A stretch of DNA of 64,000 nt, taken from assembly GCF_009914755.1 (NCBI RefSeq), contig NC_060937.1, one strand, 5' to 3'. Position numbers and translations under genes: made by a program. The notes under the pieces are model-generated. The model saw only the letters and a list, made by a program, of their open reading frames with translations. It ran no database searches and was not told the origin of the DNA. Positions 1 to 14,769 of the stretch are shown one piece after another (the stretch's first letter is position 1; every line of letters starts with the position of its first letter). The DNA comes from the human T2T-CHM13v2.0 reference genome, Homo sapiens.

Positions 1-9
1 TAAGTTTGT

Positions 10-755
10 CTTTTCACACTTAGAATCCTTGTTCTGGGGAATGCCAAATTCGCATGGAAAAAGCCTAACCACCCTGAGGCCTACGAGTTATGCGGAAGCC
101 CAGGATTGCCACAGGGAATGGTCACATGGCTGCATGGCCAGCCTTCAGCTCTTCAGCCATCCTAGCCCAGGCACCAGACATGAGAGTGAAGACACTGTTG
201 TGGATATCCAGCCAAGCCAAGCCTTTAGATAGCTGCAGCCCCAGCCTCTACCTCAATGCAACATTATTAGACACCCCAAGCAAAGCCCAGCTACCCCAGC
301 TAGTACTGGGGCTCCTTTTTCTGCCTAAGATCCAGACCCACCAAAAGGTTTCCTCCCCCTCTCTCTAAGACCAAGAATGTCACCATACCTGATCAGACTC
401 TTTCACAAGATAACGTGCAAGTTAATCTCTGTTCCCTGATCCATTCATTCATTGTCCCTAGAAATCCCCTCAATGGAATTCTTCCACCCCTTCCTGCAAC
501 CTGTTTCGCCAGGATGATGTATAAGCTTTTGAACCCCCTTAGGGGATGGGTAATCACTCTGTGATTCGCCTGGTGTACACCTTAATTAAATTTGTATGCC
601 TTTTCTCCAATTAATCTGCCTTATGTGGGCTGACTTTTCTGAGAATCTTCAGAGGGCAAAGAGAAAGCTTTCCTTTGACCTCTACGTTACTCAACCCACA
701 GAACCAAGAAAGATAATAAATTATTGATTAAGCCATGAAATGTAAGCAATAAATG
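10..755 (+). mobile_element. MaLR (MLT1-type) LTR remnant interrupted by an ERV1-type LTR fragment (MER39/MER34-like, ~302-686)
   Basis: MLT1-like segments (gcctttagatagctgcagcccc; caacccacagaaccaagaaagataataaa) flank a piece ending gagaatcttcagagggcaaagagaaagctttcctttgacctctac, which resembles the MER39/34 3' end. Boundaries approximate. Confidence 0.5.
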
Positions 756-1061
756 TCTGGAACACTATATATGTAAAATAGCAGTAAGCAACCTATTTGG
801 TAGATGTATAGATAGCAACAAGCAACACACACTCCTGATCCAATACAATGATTCCCAATTCTCACTGTGGGACATCTCCAAAGTGTCTCCAAAAGCTTTA
901 GAAACATTGTGAATGAACTGATATAATCTGACAATAAAACTAACTTTGTTTAGTTTGAAAAATATAAACATAGGACATACTATTCCTTATGAAGGGAATT
1001 AAAAAGAAGTCAAAGAAAAATATCTGAGAAAATTGTACTCATAAATGAATCTTTTATTTAA

Positions 1062-1379
<318 letters not shown>

Positions 1380-1589
1380 TAGTAAATCAATCTTTTATTT
1401 CAATTTATTTATTTCAATAAAAGATTGATTTATGTTTTATTGATCACAAATCAAATTAAAGTCTAATTTTAAATCTTTTATTTGAAAAGGGAGCGTTATC
1501 AATCTAAAACTGATTTCTGCCCTGAAAAGGTCCAGAAACAGGCAAAACCTCTACTGTAATTTTCAAAGTCTGAAGGCCTCAAAGGGTGG

Positions 1590-2035
1590 TCTGCCTGCAA
1601 CACCCCACCTGTTGCCTAGAAGCCGAATCAGAATCTGCATTGTAACAAGATCTCCAGGTGAGTCATGCGTCCATTGAAGTTGAAGAAGTACTGGCAGAGA
1701 GCAGCAGTTCCCAAACTTGTCTGCACATGAGAATCATCTGGGAATCTTTTTAAAATTCCGAAATCCAGGCCATACCCTAGACCAACGAAATCATGGGACA
1801 CAGGCGTTGATGGTTTTGAAGGCTACCAGGTGATTCCAATGTGCAGCCAACTTCGAGACCTAGTGGTCACCCTAGATAGGGCACTGGGAAATCACTTGGG
1901 GAGCATAAACACTAATATTGGTTTCCACCCCCGGAGAGTCTCATGTCGCTGGTCTCAGGTATGACCTATGCATCTGGAGTTTTTAAAAGCTCCAGGTAAT
2001 TCTCATGTACAGCACAGTTTGTACAGCCACAGACC
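1590..2035. mobile_element. Cluster of MER5-type hAT-Charlie DNA transposon remnants
   Basis: MER5 motifs gaatcagaatctgcatt..aacaagatctccaggtga, cagttcccaaactt..tgcacatgagaatcatctggg, ttttaaaagctccaggtaattc. Confidence 0.65.
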
Positions 2036-2717
2036 TGGAGCCAGGCACAGAAGATTTCAAAATGGCAGCTGAGCCTGCACCACTCCTTGGCGAAGAAGGG
2101 TTTAAAGTCAGTGAACCTTAATTAAAATGAACAGTTGGCCTCACAGTTTTCAGCTAACTCACCAGGTAGAATGACAGCATCAAGCTTGCTCGAGTTCAGG
2201 TCTGCCAAGTCTTGGACGTCCCTCCGGGCTCTCCTGGCACTTTCCTCCAGCACATTTCTCTTCTTTCTGTTGGGCTCCCTTTCAAGTGATTAACGATGAG
2301 CATCTGCTCGACATTAGGCGCAAATACCTTCACCTTCAAAAATAGAAAGAAAAACACATGATGTCATTACCTCTATGAAAACAATCAAGCAACACTATCT
2401 CAGAATCTAAACCAGGAAGCCAAGACCAAAAGCCGCGAAGTGATTCTGTATGCCTTCAGGGCCAACATCAGCTAGAAATATTATAGCTCAACCACAAAGA
2501 AGAAAGTGCAGGGGCCTTCTAAAAGGGGGAAAAAAAGAGCTGTAAATTAGCTTCCAAAAGGAAGGGAGATCAAGTAGATTACAGAGAGGTGGCTTTTCAG
2601 ATAAATATATATATATATTTCTTTAAATAGATGAAAGAGAGGATGTAATTTTATAGATAGGAACATACAGGACTCAAAAAATTGGAGGATTAAATCAGCC
2701 CTTGAGATCCTTCAAAG

Positions 2718-2878
2718 CAGTGCTTCTCAAGCTAGCTACACATTAGAATCACCTGGAGAGCTTGGGCACCAACGAGGCCAATTCAGTGGAAATCTCTGGG
2801 AGTGAAGAGCCAGCCTGAGCCTTGCTCCAGCTTAAAATCTCCCCAGGCGATTCTGTTTGTCAGGGCTGGCAACCACTA
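2718..2878. mobile_element. MER5A-type DNA transposon remnant
   Basis: cagtgcttctcaagct..cacattagaatcacctggagagctt..ccccaggcgattct..aaccact. Confidence 0.7.
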
Positions 2879-3471
2879 ATCTAAAGCAAATGGGAGATAA
2901 AACTCAGGGCTCAGAGTTAAAACCCCGGAGTCTTCAATGCCAAGACCCCGCAGCAGGGCATTTGGTAGCTCTCGCTTGATCCACCTCCATGCCTCCAGCC
3001 CCACCAAGCTCTGGGTCACCCCCGGTTCATCCTCAGAAACACTCGAGAGGGGAGGACATCACTCTAGTTTCCCTGTCTCCAACCCTGGGATCCTGTAGGG
3101 GCCCTGATCTGGGGAAACATGAGGACGTGGAGGCAAGGGAGGAAGCTCAGGGGAGACACTTGTATATTGGGGGTTGCCTTTGAGCCACACCTTCTTCACT
3201 GGCTTCTATTCCAACCTAAAACACACAGGTCAGCTTCACCAGGAGGTACACGAGGCTGGTCTGAATCAAATGTCCCTTGACTCTCTGAAAGGATGGCATT
3301 AGGGCTGGGAGGCATAAAAATCAAGAGTCTCAGCCTCTTGTTACTAAACTTTGTATTTCACTAAAGTATATGCTAAGATTCTAAACATTCTCTCTTCGTA
3401 TGTTGTTTTATAAAATTGAATAATAGCTCCTATCTGATATACCATATATACATACATATATGAGCTTAGAA

Positions 3472-3475
<4 letters not shown>

Positions 3476-3507
<32 letters not shown>
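3476..3507. repeat. (TA)n microsatellite
   Basis: About 16 uninterrupted TA units. Confidence 0.95.
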
Positions 3508-3511
<4 letters not shown>

Positions 3512-3560
3512 AAAGACTTTGAATATTCTGAAGGGCAAGAAAGATGCAGATGCAGATACA

Positions 3561-3855
3561 GGCTGGGCATGGTGGCTCATACCTGTAATAGCAGCAGTTT
3601 GGAAGGCCAAGGTGGGAGAATTGCTTGAGGCCAGGAATTTGAGACGAGCCTGGGCAACATAGTGAGACCCCTGTCTCTACAAAAATTAAAACTAAAAAAT
3701 TAGCCAGGAATGGAGGTGTGTGCTGCAGTCCTACCTACTCAGGAGGCAGAGGTGAGAGAATTGCCTGAGCCCAAGAGTTTGAAGTTACAATGAGCTTTGA
3801 TCATGCCACTGCACTCCAGTTTGGGTGACAGAGCAAGACCCCGTTTAAAAAAAAA
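3561..3855 (+). mobile_element. Alu (AluJ-like)
   Basis: ggctgggcatggtggctca start, dimer, A-tail. Confidence 0.93.
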
Positions 3856-4424
3856 ATGCTAAAAACATGGATTTGATTTTAAAGAATTCCCCAAACAAGT
3901 TGGCCTTCAGTTGTTTCACGGAATAATCAGATGAACATGCTCAAGGAGTGAAACACGTTTTCAACATGTGCACGTCCTTTGGAACTGATAAGAAAGCACT
4001 GAGGCATTTACTGGGTTGTAATCTAGACTCAATAAGTCCATGTACCTCTCCCGGACTTCATCTCAAGCACAGAGACCTGAGTTCATTAAATACTCACAAA
4101 CCCTAGTGTGTAGGACATCGCCCTTCACCCATTAGGAAATCAGTAACTACTTGTTGAAAGGATGAATGAATAACACCCACATTAATCTTAATACCCTTCA
4201 AGTGAAAGAGGTGCTAGATATTTCCTTTCCTAAGTTTTAGAGAAAAGAGAATTGGCTTCTAGGACTGACTTTGTCACTGCCTAGTGATGACCTTAAAGAA
4301 GTCATTTTTCCTCCCAGGGAAACTCAGCCAGGAGATTGAACAGAGATGTCCTCCAGCTTCAAACTTCAAATCCTGCAGACAAAGAAATTAATGAATTGTA
4401 TATTTTAACTTATTAAAAAGAAAG

Positions 4425-5003
4425 GTGCAGCAGCTGTGGCGGTTCCTCACAAAGTTAAAGAGAACTACCATGATTCCACTTCTAGGTATATACACAAAAG
4501 AATTAAAAGTAGGGACTCAAACAGGTATTTGTACACCCATGTTCATAGCAGCATTATTCACTACAGCCAACAACCCAAATGTCCATCAACAGATGAATGG
4601 TACACAAAATGTGGTGTTCTACATACAAGGGAATATTATTCCTTCCTTAAAAAGGAAGGAAATTTTGACAAGTGCTACCACATGGATGAACCCTAAGGAC
4701 ATAGGCCAAGTGAAATAAGGCAGTAACACAAAGACAAATATTATATGATTCCACTTGTAGTAAGTACCTAGAGTAGACAAAGTCTTAGAGATAGAAAGTA
4801 GAATGTAATAGAGGCTACCTGGAGCTGGGAGAAAGGAGAATGAGGAATTAGTGTTTCACGGTTGCGGTTGCAGTTTGGGATGATGAATATGGTCTGGGGA
4901 CGGACAGTGGAGATGGCTCCACAGCATTGTGAATGCACTTAATGCCAGTCGATCACACACTACTTAAAAATGGTTAAAATGGTAAAGTTCATGTTACATA
5001 TGT
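4425..5003 (+). mobile_element. Old L1 (L1M) 3' fragment
   Basis: L1 ORF2-end/3'UTR text (IPLLGIY, MFIAALFT-like translation; acagcattgtgaatgcacttaatgcc..aaaatggttaaaatggtaaa). Confidence 0.85.
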
Positions 5004-5204
5004 TTTACTCCCTCCCCCTCCCCTCCAAAAAACAAAACACTATTGGCAAAGGGGTAGCAGGTGAGGGGCAGGCTGGTCTGGTCCTTGTGACTGCGAACAT
5101 CCCTGCTGCCCGTTTTTTGTCTGAAGCCCGGCTGGGTCGCTGGAGATCCAGCGGAGTGTGCGGAGGGAGGCGTGTTGGATACCTTTTAAAAATGAGAAGC
5201 CCCA

Positions 5205-5712
<508 letters not shown>

Positions 5713-5729
5713 AAATTAGAAGCCCGAGA

Positions 5730-6090
5730 GAGGGAAAACAGCTTAGGAAGGGGTTGCCCCCGCCACTCCGCAGGCTGCAGAGGGAAGAGAAAGCGCCCCC
5801 GTGGCGCCCCCAGGGCCGTGCAGCCCAGACCTAGCCCCGCAGCCCCACATACCCCAGCACCTCCGAAGCTGCGTGCAGAGCCGCTCGCTCCCACCTCCGG
5901 CTGCACCCGCGCGCCCCCTTGCGGCGGATTCCGCTCTGGCGCATAGCCCCACTGGAGCGCTGGCGCGTTGGCGATGGGGTCCCAGGTGGGAGAGAGATCT
6001 GTCCGCTGAACCTGCGCATCCCGGCCCCTGCGGAGGCTGCAGAGATTCTGCCCTTTCTGTTCGGAGGGAAGAGAGAGGGCGCCAGGGAGA
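5730..6090. promoter_or_regulatory. Small orphan CpG-rich island with candidate CTCF site (5911-5924)
   Basis: GC-rich, many CpGs, no adjacent coding exon; minus-strand CCGCAAGGGGGCGC matches the CTCF core CCNCNAGGGGGCGC. Confidence 0.6.
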
Positions 6091-6734
6091 CATAAGCTAG
6101 ATTTTTATTAATAGATAACTTTATTTGAAAATTATCTTTAAACGAAAGAGCAAGGGGAAAAATGGATTCTATCCTTTGCCGCACTACTAAAAAGTAACTT
6201 CCATTCAACTTATTTCAAAAGAGAACGTCGATATTGATATGCAATACTTTTAATTGTTTTAAAATATTTAATTGTGTGCAATAATTTTTTTAACTGCTCA
6301 GTTCCAAAGCTGGAAGTTGAAGTGATGTTTTTGACAGGGAAGACTGAAGAAGAGACCCCATTGCATCTTCATCGGAGCTGGAGGACAAAAAAAAAATTCT
6401 TAGGACACTTAACATGGAGAGTTTGAGATCCGGATACAGCGTGGGCTGTAACTAAGGGCAGTGGAAGCAGGCAGCCTTGGCTAGGATGCCGCTGCTCCTC
6501 ATGACATTTTGTCTCACAAACTTAGCAAGTTCTTAGAAAGTCCAAAACGCCATATGTGTTGCCTAATTTTCTTATATGATCACAGGAAATAAATAGGAAA
6601 AATGCAGATAATTTGCATTTTATTTGATAATTTTTAAATAAAAGTTACTTGTTAATAAAATTTCAGGTAGGATGCTCCCTGAGTTTCTTCTGTACAATAT
6701 CATTCATTGACCAGATATTTGAAGAAAAGTTATT

Positions 6735-7570
<836 letters not shown>

Positions 7571-7989
7571 CTATTCCTTTATTATTAAAAGATGAAATCT
7601 GCAATATCCAGCAAACATTACTTTCCCTACTGGATCTTTAAATTATTAGTCCCATGTTCCTCTGATAAAAATTCACTAAGCCTTTATGTCCTGGGTGCTG
7701 AATAAACCCTGCATTTACTTTCAAGAAGAAACCTACCTTTCTTAACCTGGAGGTAGATTGCTGCTCATAAGTGACAGATGGAGTACTGTAAATCCCCGAG
7801 GGTGATTCTAGCTCTTGACCCAGTAGGATATTTACTGTCAACGATGCCTAGATTTAGAAAGAGGATGTAAACGTGGTGTGACACCAGACAGGGCAAAGAG
7901 CAACTGCTTGTGGAAAACACACATGCATCCGTCATCACTGCAGATGAGGAGGAAAAGGAGGACAAGGAGTGAATTTGAAAAGCAGGATA

Positions 7990-8155
7990 ACTTAGTGTAG
8001 GTCTGAGTGCCCAAGATCAAACCTGACTCCACCCTCACTGCCTTATGTGATCCCGAGAAATTACTCAAAATATCTGTACCAACGTTTCCTCAGGCTGAAA
8101 GTAGGAAGTAGCACCTTTTTCATAGAGTTGTTGGAAAGATTAAAAATAGTAAATG
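7990..8155 (+). mobile_element. MIR remnant
   Basis: gatcaaacctgactcc..tgtgatcccgagaaattactca..catagagttgttggaaagattaaa. Confidence 0.65.
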
Positions 8156-8235
8156 TCATCTCTGTCAAAACCTTGATACTAGTGTATTTCTGTTCACTGA
8201 ATGGTTTGTACCCCTTTAGTTTCCTTGATATACGT

Positions 8236-8986
8236 TGATTAAAAAAAAAAAAAAATTTGACTGGGCCCGGTGGCTCACGCCTGTAATCCCAGCACTTTGG
8301 GAGGTAGAGGCAGGCAGATCACCTGAGGCCAGGAGTTTCAGACCAGCCTGGCTAATGTGGCGAAACCCCGTCTCTACTAAAACTACAAAAATTATGTGGG
8401 CCTGGTGGCACATGCCTGTAATCCCAGCTACTCGGGAAGCTGAGGCAGGGAGGCAGAGGTTGCAGTGAGCCGAGATTGCATCACTACACTCCAGCCTGGC
8501 CTACAGAGCAAGACTCTGTCTCAAAAAAAGAAAAAAAAAGATCAACAAAATTGATTAAAATGTCTAATTGGCTTTTATTAGTGACTCATAAAACAGGCAG
8601 TTGCTAATCAAAATAGAGGGAGCTTCAATGAGCCTGGCAGACCAGTTGGTTTTCCTAAGGTAGCTTGAACAGAAATAGGGAAACAGGAATACAAAAAGTG
8701 AATTGGTTAACATCAGTTTACTTCAGGTTACTTTACTTATAAAGGGTTAAAGCAGAGAGGACTTCCTTAACATGCTGACTTAGGCTGACTGGGCCCTTTC
8801 TGATTGCTTGCTGTGAATCTCTTGTTTTTACGAAAAGCCAGTCTATTTTAGGAATTTTCCCGTTTACGTTTCAGTTTGATTACAGTTCGATTACTTAGCA
8901 CGAGCGACCCCATTTTGGTTCAATCTGTTGCGACCTAATGCAGGGGCTCAGTTCAAAACCATGGCCTCTCATACATTTTATTTAAC
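8236..8986 (-). mobile_element. ERV1-class solo LTR (MER31/MER67-like) interrupted by an Alu at ~8259-8539 (+)
   Basis: Minus strand begins tgttaaataaaatgtatgagaggccatggttttgaactgagcccctgca; the Alu dimer inside carries an internal deletion. Confidence 0.6.
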
Positions 8987-9308
8987 AACACAAAGAAAAG
9001 AGTTTTTGTTCTGAAGCCAATTTTCTTGCGGCTATTGATAAATCGATCATAACAGAACTAAAAAATATATTCAATAAACAAGTACAAGATTAAAGAATTG
9101 TCTAAACAATGTAATGTAATAAGCAAAAGATTATAAATCCAAATCACTTGATTTAGGATTAGGGTAAGGTGTTCCTTATGGCTCCACAGTTTGTTTTTAA
9201 GTATTACCTATTAAGTAGATGTCTCACTCTAATCTCTGCCTTCAGTGAATATTATAAATTTTAATTTTATTAAATTCACACTTAAATGATGCTTTTAAAA
9301 TTATCTTT

Positions 9309-9603
9309 GGGTCGGGCACAGTGGCTCACGACTATAATTCCAACACTGTGGGAGGCTGAGGCAAGAGGATTACTTGAGCCCAGGAGCATGGGCAACAAAG
9401 TGAGACTCTGACTCTACCAAAAACATTTTATTTAATTAGCCAGGCATGGTAGCACAGGCCTGTAGTCCCAGCTACTCAGGAAGTGAGGTGGGAGGATCGC
9501 TTGAGCCTGAGAGGTCAAGGCTGCAGTGAGTCATGATCATGCCACTGCACTCTAACCTGGACAACAGAGTGAGACCCTGTCTCAAAATAAAAATGAAAAT
9601 AAA
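9309..9603 (+). mobile_element. Alu (AluJ-like)
   Basis: Dimer with TSD aaaattatctttg on both sides. Confidence 0.93.
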
Positions 9604-9817
9604 ATTATCTTTGAACTAAAATAAATGATGCTTTAGGCAAGTGAAATTGTCGAAACTCTGAAAATAGGATGTACGTATAGTTGATGTATTTGTTTAGCCC
9701 AGTTTATCATGTAAACAACAGGTTAGTATACCCAAGTTTCAGAAACACTTTGGGGGTTCATTAATTTTTGGTTACCTTTAAGATTTTCTTAACCTCTTAC
9801 ATGAATATTTGTGTCAG

Positions 9818-10110
9818 GGCCAGGCTCTGTGGCTCATGCCTTTAATTCCAGCACTTTGGGAGGCCAAAGCAGGAGGATCGCTTGAGCCCAGGAATTCGAG
9901 ACCAGCTTGGGAACGTAGTGAGACTCCTTATCACTACAAAAAATTTAAAATTATTTGGGCATGTTGGTACATTCCTGTAGTCCAGCTACTATAGGGGCTG
10001 AGAGATGGGAGGATCACTTGAGCTAGGAGGCTATGGCTGCAGTGACTGTGATTGCACTACTGCACTCCAGCCTGGGTGGCAAAGTGAGACCCTGTCTCAA
10101 AAAGAAAAAA
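9818..10110 (+). mobile_element. Alu (AluJ-like)
   Basis: ggccaggctctgtggctcatgcc..gagaccctgtctcaaaaa. Confidence 0.92.
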
Positions 10111-10385
10111 AGGAGTAGGAAATTAGTGTGTCTAGGGCCGGAGCTCTTAGGCAAACTGGTGAAGCCCCTTCTCAGAATAATGCTTTTAACGCCTAAAATA
10201 AAAAATGAGATTGTAAATGAGAAACTAAAAATTAGCTTGGACTTTAATCTGCCCTCGTATTCATTAGCCTGGACTGATAAAACCAGCCTCAAAATTACCA
10301 GAAAACAGTACTTCTCTCAAACCACAGTAAATCATAAAGTGTCATAACAACCTCCTTTCTTTTCTACTTAATTTTTTTTTTTTTT

Positions 10386-13300
10386 GCCAAGTCCTTTATG
10401 GAAGTTGTTGTGCGTGTCTCTGTTGTCTTTGTGGAAGGCCAGAGCCACACGGTCCTAAGAGCTGGGAACCAGGAAGCATAGGCTGATCTGAAGAAGACAC
10501 TTCAATCATGGGTGATATTAAAAATTTTCTGTATGCCTGGTGAGGCAAAAGGAAGATGACTCCATCCTATGAAATTAGAGCATTGGGGAACAAAAGTAGG
10601 CAGAAATTCTTGTGTGAGGTTCAGGTGGAAGGGTATAATTACAGTGGCATAGGAAATTCCACCAATAAAAAAGATGCACAGAGCAATGCTGCCAGAGACT
10701 TTGTTAACTATTTGGTTCAAATAAATGAAGAGTGAAGAAGTTCCAGCTTTTTGGGGTTGCATCTCTGCCCCCACTTACTGATATTCCTGACACTACAGCA
10801 AATGCTGAAGGAGGTTTACCAACAACCATGGGAGGTCCTCTTCCGCCACATCTGGCTCTCAAAGCTGAAAATAATTCTGAGGTAGGGGCCTCTGGCTATG
10901 GTGTTCCTGGGACCAAGGAGCCAACTTGAAGGATTACTACTCAAGAAAGGAAGAACAAGAAGTGCAAGCGACTCTAGAGTCAGAAGAAGTGGATTTAAAT
11001 GCTGGGCTTCATGGAAACTGGACCTTGGAAAATGCTAAAACTCATCTAAACCAATATTTTCAGAAAGAAAAAATCCAAGGAGAATATAAGTACACCCAAG
11101 TGGGTCCTGATCACAACAGGAGCTTTACTGCAGAAATAACCATTTACATCAAGCAGCTGGGCAGAAGGATTTCTGCACATGAACATGGATCAAATAAGAA
11201 ATTGGCAGCACAGTCCTGTGCCCTGTCACTAGTCAGACAACTCTACCATCTTGGAGTGGTTGAAGCTTACTTCAGACTTACAAAGAAGGAAGGAGAGAGA
11301 GTGGAACCTTACAAAGTAAACCTCTCTCAAGATTTAGAGCATCAGCCACAAAACATCATTTGAGAGCTAAATTTTGAGATTATGCCCCCGCCTGAAGATC
11401 CTTCTATGCCAGTTGCACTCAACATTGGCAAATTGGCTCACTTTGAACCATCTCGGTGACAAAACCAAGTGGGTATAGTTCCTCGGTCACCTCCACAATC
11501 CAGATGGAATCCCTGGACTACTAGCGACATTGCTGAGGGACCTCTGGCTTTTGCTTCTCCAGAGCAAATAAGCTTGGACCTCAAGAATGAATTGGTGTAC
11601 CAGTTGGAACAGGATCATGATTTGCCAGCAATCTTGCAGGAGCGAGAGTTACTGCCTGTGAAGAAATTTGAAAGTGAGATTCTGGAAGCAATCAGTCAAA
11701 ATTCAGTTGTCATTATTAGAGGGGCTGCTGGATGTGGTAAAACCACGCAGGTTCCCCAGTTCATTCTAGATGACTTTATCCAGAATGACTGACAGCAGAG
11801 TGTAACATTGTAGTAACTCAGCCCAGAAGAATCAGTGTAGTTTCCATGGCAGAGTGAGTTGCATTTGAGAGAGGAGAAGAGTCTGTAAAAAGCTGTGGTT
11901 ACAGTGTTCAATTTGAGTCTGTACTTCCTTGTCCTCATGCCAGTATAATGCTTTGTACTGTAGGTGTGCTCCTAAGAAAATTAGAAGCAGGCATTTGAGG
12001 AATCAGTCATGTAATTGTAGATGAAATACATGGAAGAGACATTAATACTGACTTCCTTTTGGTAGTACTGCGTGAAGTTGTTTCAGCTTACCCTGAAGTT
12101 CTCATTGTTCTTATGTCCACTTCTATTGATACCAGCATGTTGTGTGAATATTTCTTCAATTGCCCCATCATTTAAGTGTATGGGAGGACTTACCCAGTTC
12201 AAGAATATTTTCTGGAAGACTGCATTCAGATGACCCACTTTGTTCCTTCACCGAAAACCAAGAAGAAGGACAAGGATGATGATGGTGGTGAGGATGATGA
12301 TGCAAATTGCAACTTGATCTGTGGTGATGAATATGGTCCAGAAACAAGGATGAGCATGTCTCAATTGAATGAAAAAGAAACTCCTTTTGAACTCGTCGAA
12401 GCTCTCTTTAAGTACATTGAAACCCTTAATATTCCCAGAGCTGTGTTGGTATTTTTGCCTGGCTGGAATTTGATTTATACTATGCAGAAGCATTTGGAAA
12501 TGAATCCACATTTTGGAAGCCATCAGTATCAGATTCTACCTCTGCATTCTCAGATTCCTTGACAGGAACAGCGCAAAGTGTTTGATCCAGTACCAGTTGG
12601 AGTAACCAAGGTTATTTTGTCCACAAATATTGCTGAAACAAGCATTATCATAAATGATGTTTATGTCGTTGACTCCTGCAAGCAGAAAGTGAAACTCTTT
12701 GCTACTCACAACAATATGACCAACTATGCTACAGTATGGGGATCAAAAACAAACCTTGAACAGTGGAAAGGGCAACCTGGCCGAATACGGCCTGGATTCT
12801 GCTTTCACCTCTGCAGCCGAGCTCGTTTTGAGAGACTTGAAACCCACATGACACCAGAGATGTTCCAAACACCATTGCATGAAGTTGCTCTTAGCATAAA
12901 ACTTCCATGTCTAGTTGGAATTGGCCAGTTTCTGGCCAAAGCAATTGAAACTCTCCCTTTGGATGCTGTGATTGAAGCAGAACACACTCTTAGAGAGCTT
13001 GATGCATTAGATGCCAATGATGATTTGACTCCATTGGGACGAATCCTGGCTAACCTCCTCATTGAGCCTCGTTTTGGCAAAATGATGATAATGGTGTGTA
13101 TTTTCTATGTGGGAGATGCTATCTGTACCATTCCTGCTGCTACCTGCTTTCCAGAGCCTTTTATAAATGAAGGAAAGTGGCTGGGCTACAACCATTGAAA
13201 TTTTGCTGGAAACGGATTTTCTCATCATGTAGCCCTTTTATCAGTATTCCAAGCCGGAGATGATACTAGAATGGGTGGAGAAGAAGCAGAAATACGTTTT

Positions 13301-14619
13301 TGTGCGCACAAAAGACTTCATATGGCTACACTAAGAATGACTTGGGAAGTCAAAGTTCAGCTCAAAGAGATTCTGATTAATTCTGGGTTTCCAGAAGATT
13401 GTTTGGTGACACAAGTGTTTACTAACACTGGACCAGATAATAATTTGGATGTTGTTATCTCTCTTCCTGGCCTTTGGTGTGTACCCCAATGTATGCTATC
13501 ATAAGGAAAAGACAAAGATTCTCACCACTGAAGGGTGTAATGCACTTATCCACAAATCATCTGTTAATTGTCCTTTTAGTAGCCAAGACATGAAGTACCC
13601 ATCTCCCTTCTTTGCATTTGGTGAAAAGATTCGAACTCGAGCCATCTCTGCTAAAGGCATGACTTTAGTCACCCCACTACAGTTGCTTCTCTTTGCCTCC
13701 AAGAAAGTCCAATCTGATGGGCAGATTGTGCTTGCAGATGACTGGATTAAACTGCAAATATCTCATGAAGCTGCTGCCTGCATCACCGCTCTCCAGGCAG
13801 CCACTGAGGCTCTGGTTGTTGAAGTAACCAAACAACCTGCTATCATCAGCCAGTTGGACCCCGTAAATGAAAGTATACTGAACATGATCCGTCAAATCTC
13901 TAGACCCTCAGCTGCTGATATCAACCTTATGATTGGCAGTACATGGTATGGAGATGGTCCAGGTCCTCCTAAGATGGCCCAATATGACAATGGAAGCGGA
14001 TATAGAAGGGGAGGTTCTAGTTATGGCAGTGAAGGCTATGGCAGTGGCTATAGCAGTGGAGGCTATCGTAGCGGAGGCTATGGTGGCAGCTCCAGCTCCT
14101 GTCGGGCAGGATATGGTGCAGGTGTTGGTGGAGGGTATAGAGAAGTTTCCTGAGGTGGCTATAGAGGCAACTCTGGAGGAGATTACAGAGGGCCTAGTAG
14201 AGGCTACAGATGATCTGGGGGATTCCAGCGAGGAGGTGGTAGGGGGGCCTATGGAACTGGCTACTTTGGACAAGGAAGAGAAGGTGGCATCTGTTAAGGC
14301 TTGGTTATGTCAGTTCCTGTGTGTAGACAGTAAGAAAAAAAAAGCCATGCTATGTGTGACATTTTTTTCCAATGTTTATTTCCCACCAAAAAGTAAATGC
14401 ATTTTAACCCATTCTGTGGTTCACTGTAGCTTAAGGAAACCAAGCATATAGATGCATTAGTGATTTTGTTTATATTATGTAAAATGTAACGATCTATCTT
14501 AGAAATACCACAGTTTGTATTTTTCTTTAAGGAGTAAAGATTTGTCTTTAAAAATAACTTGATATTTTCCTGGCTTTCATTTAATACAATGGAAAATAAA
14601 GTATTACACGAAAAAAAAA
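10386..14619 (+). pseudogene. DHX9P1: Full-length processed pseudogene of DHX9 (RNA helicase A); CDS remnant 10508-14297
   Basis: Intronless; 5'UTR, ATG 10508 (MGDIKNFLYAW, then TGA at codon 12), dsRBD text, Walker A GAAGCGKTT, DEIH at 12020-12031, helicase-C/HA2/OB-fold text, RGG-like tail, terminal TAA 14295-14297, AATAAA 14595, poly-A 14611-14619; many stops and frameshifts. Confidence 0.97.
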
Positions 14620-14769
14620 TTTTTTCTTAGAGACAGTATCTCATTATGTTACCCAGGCTGAAGTGCAGTGGCTATTCACAGGCACGATTATAGCTCACTA
14701 TAGCCTCAAAGTCCTGGGTTCAAGCCTCCTGAGTAGCTAGAACTTCAGGTACATGCCACCTTGCCTGGC
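14620..14769 (-). mobile_element. FAM (fossil Alu monomer, 7SL-derived)
   Basis: Minus strand carries the FAM-diagnostic gcctgtgaatagccactgca; monomer length. Confidence 0.75.

Noticed and set aside
10926-14451. Long helicase-like ORFs (145, 107, 128, 206, 234 aa) as a novel multi-gene helicase system
   Set aside because: They are consecutive pieces of one intronless DHX9 retrocopy, broken by stops and frameshifts, with a poly-A tail.
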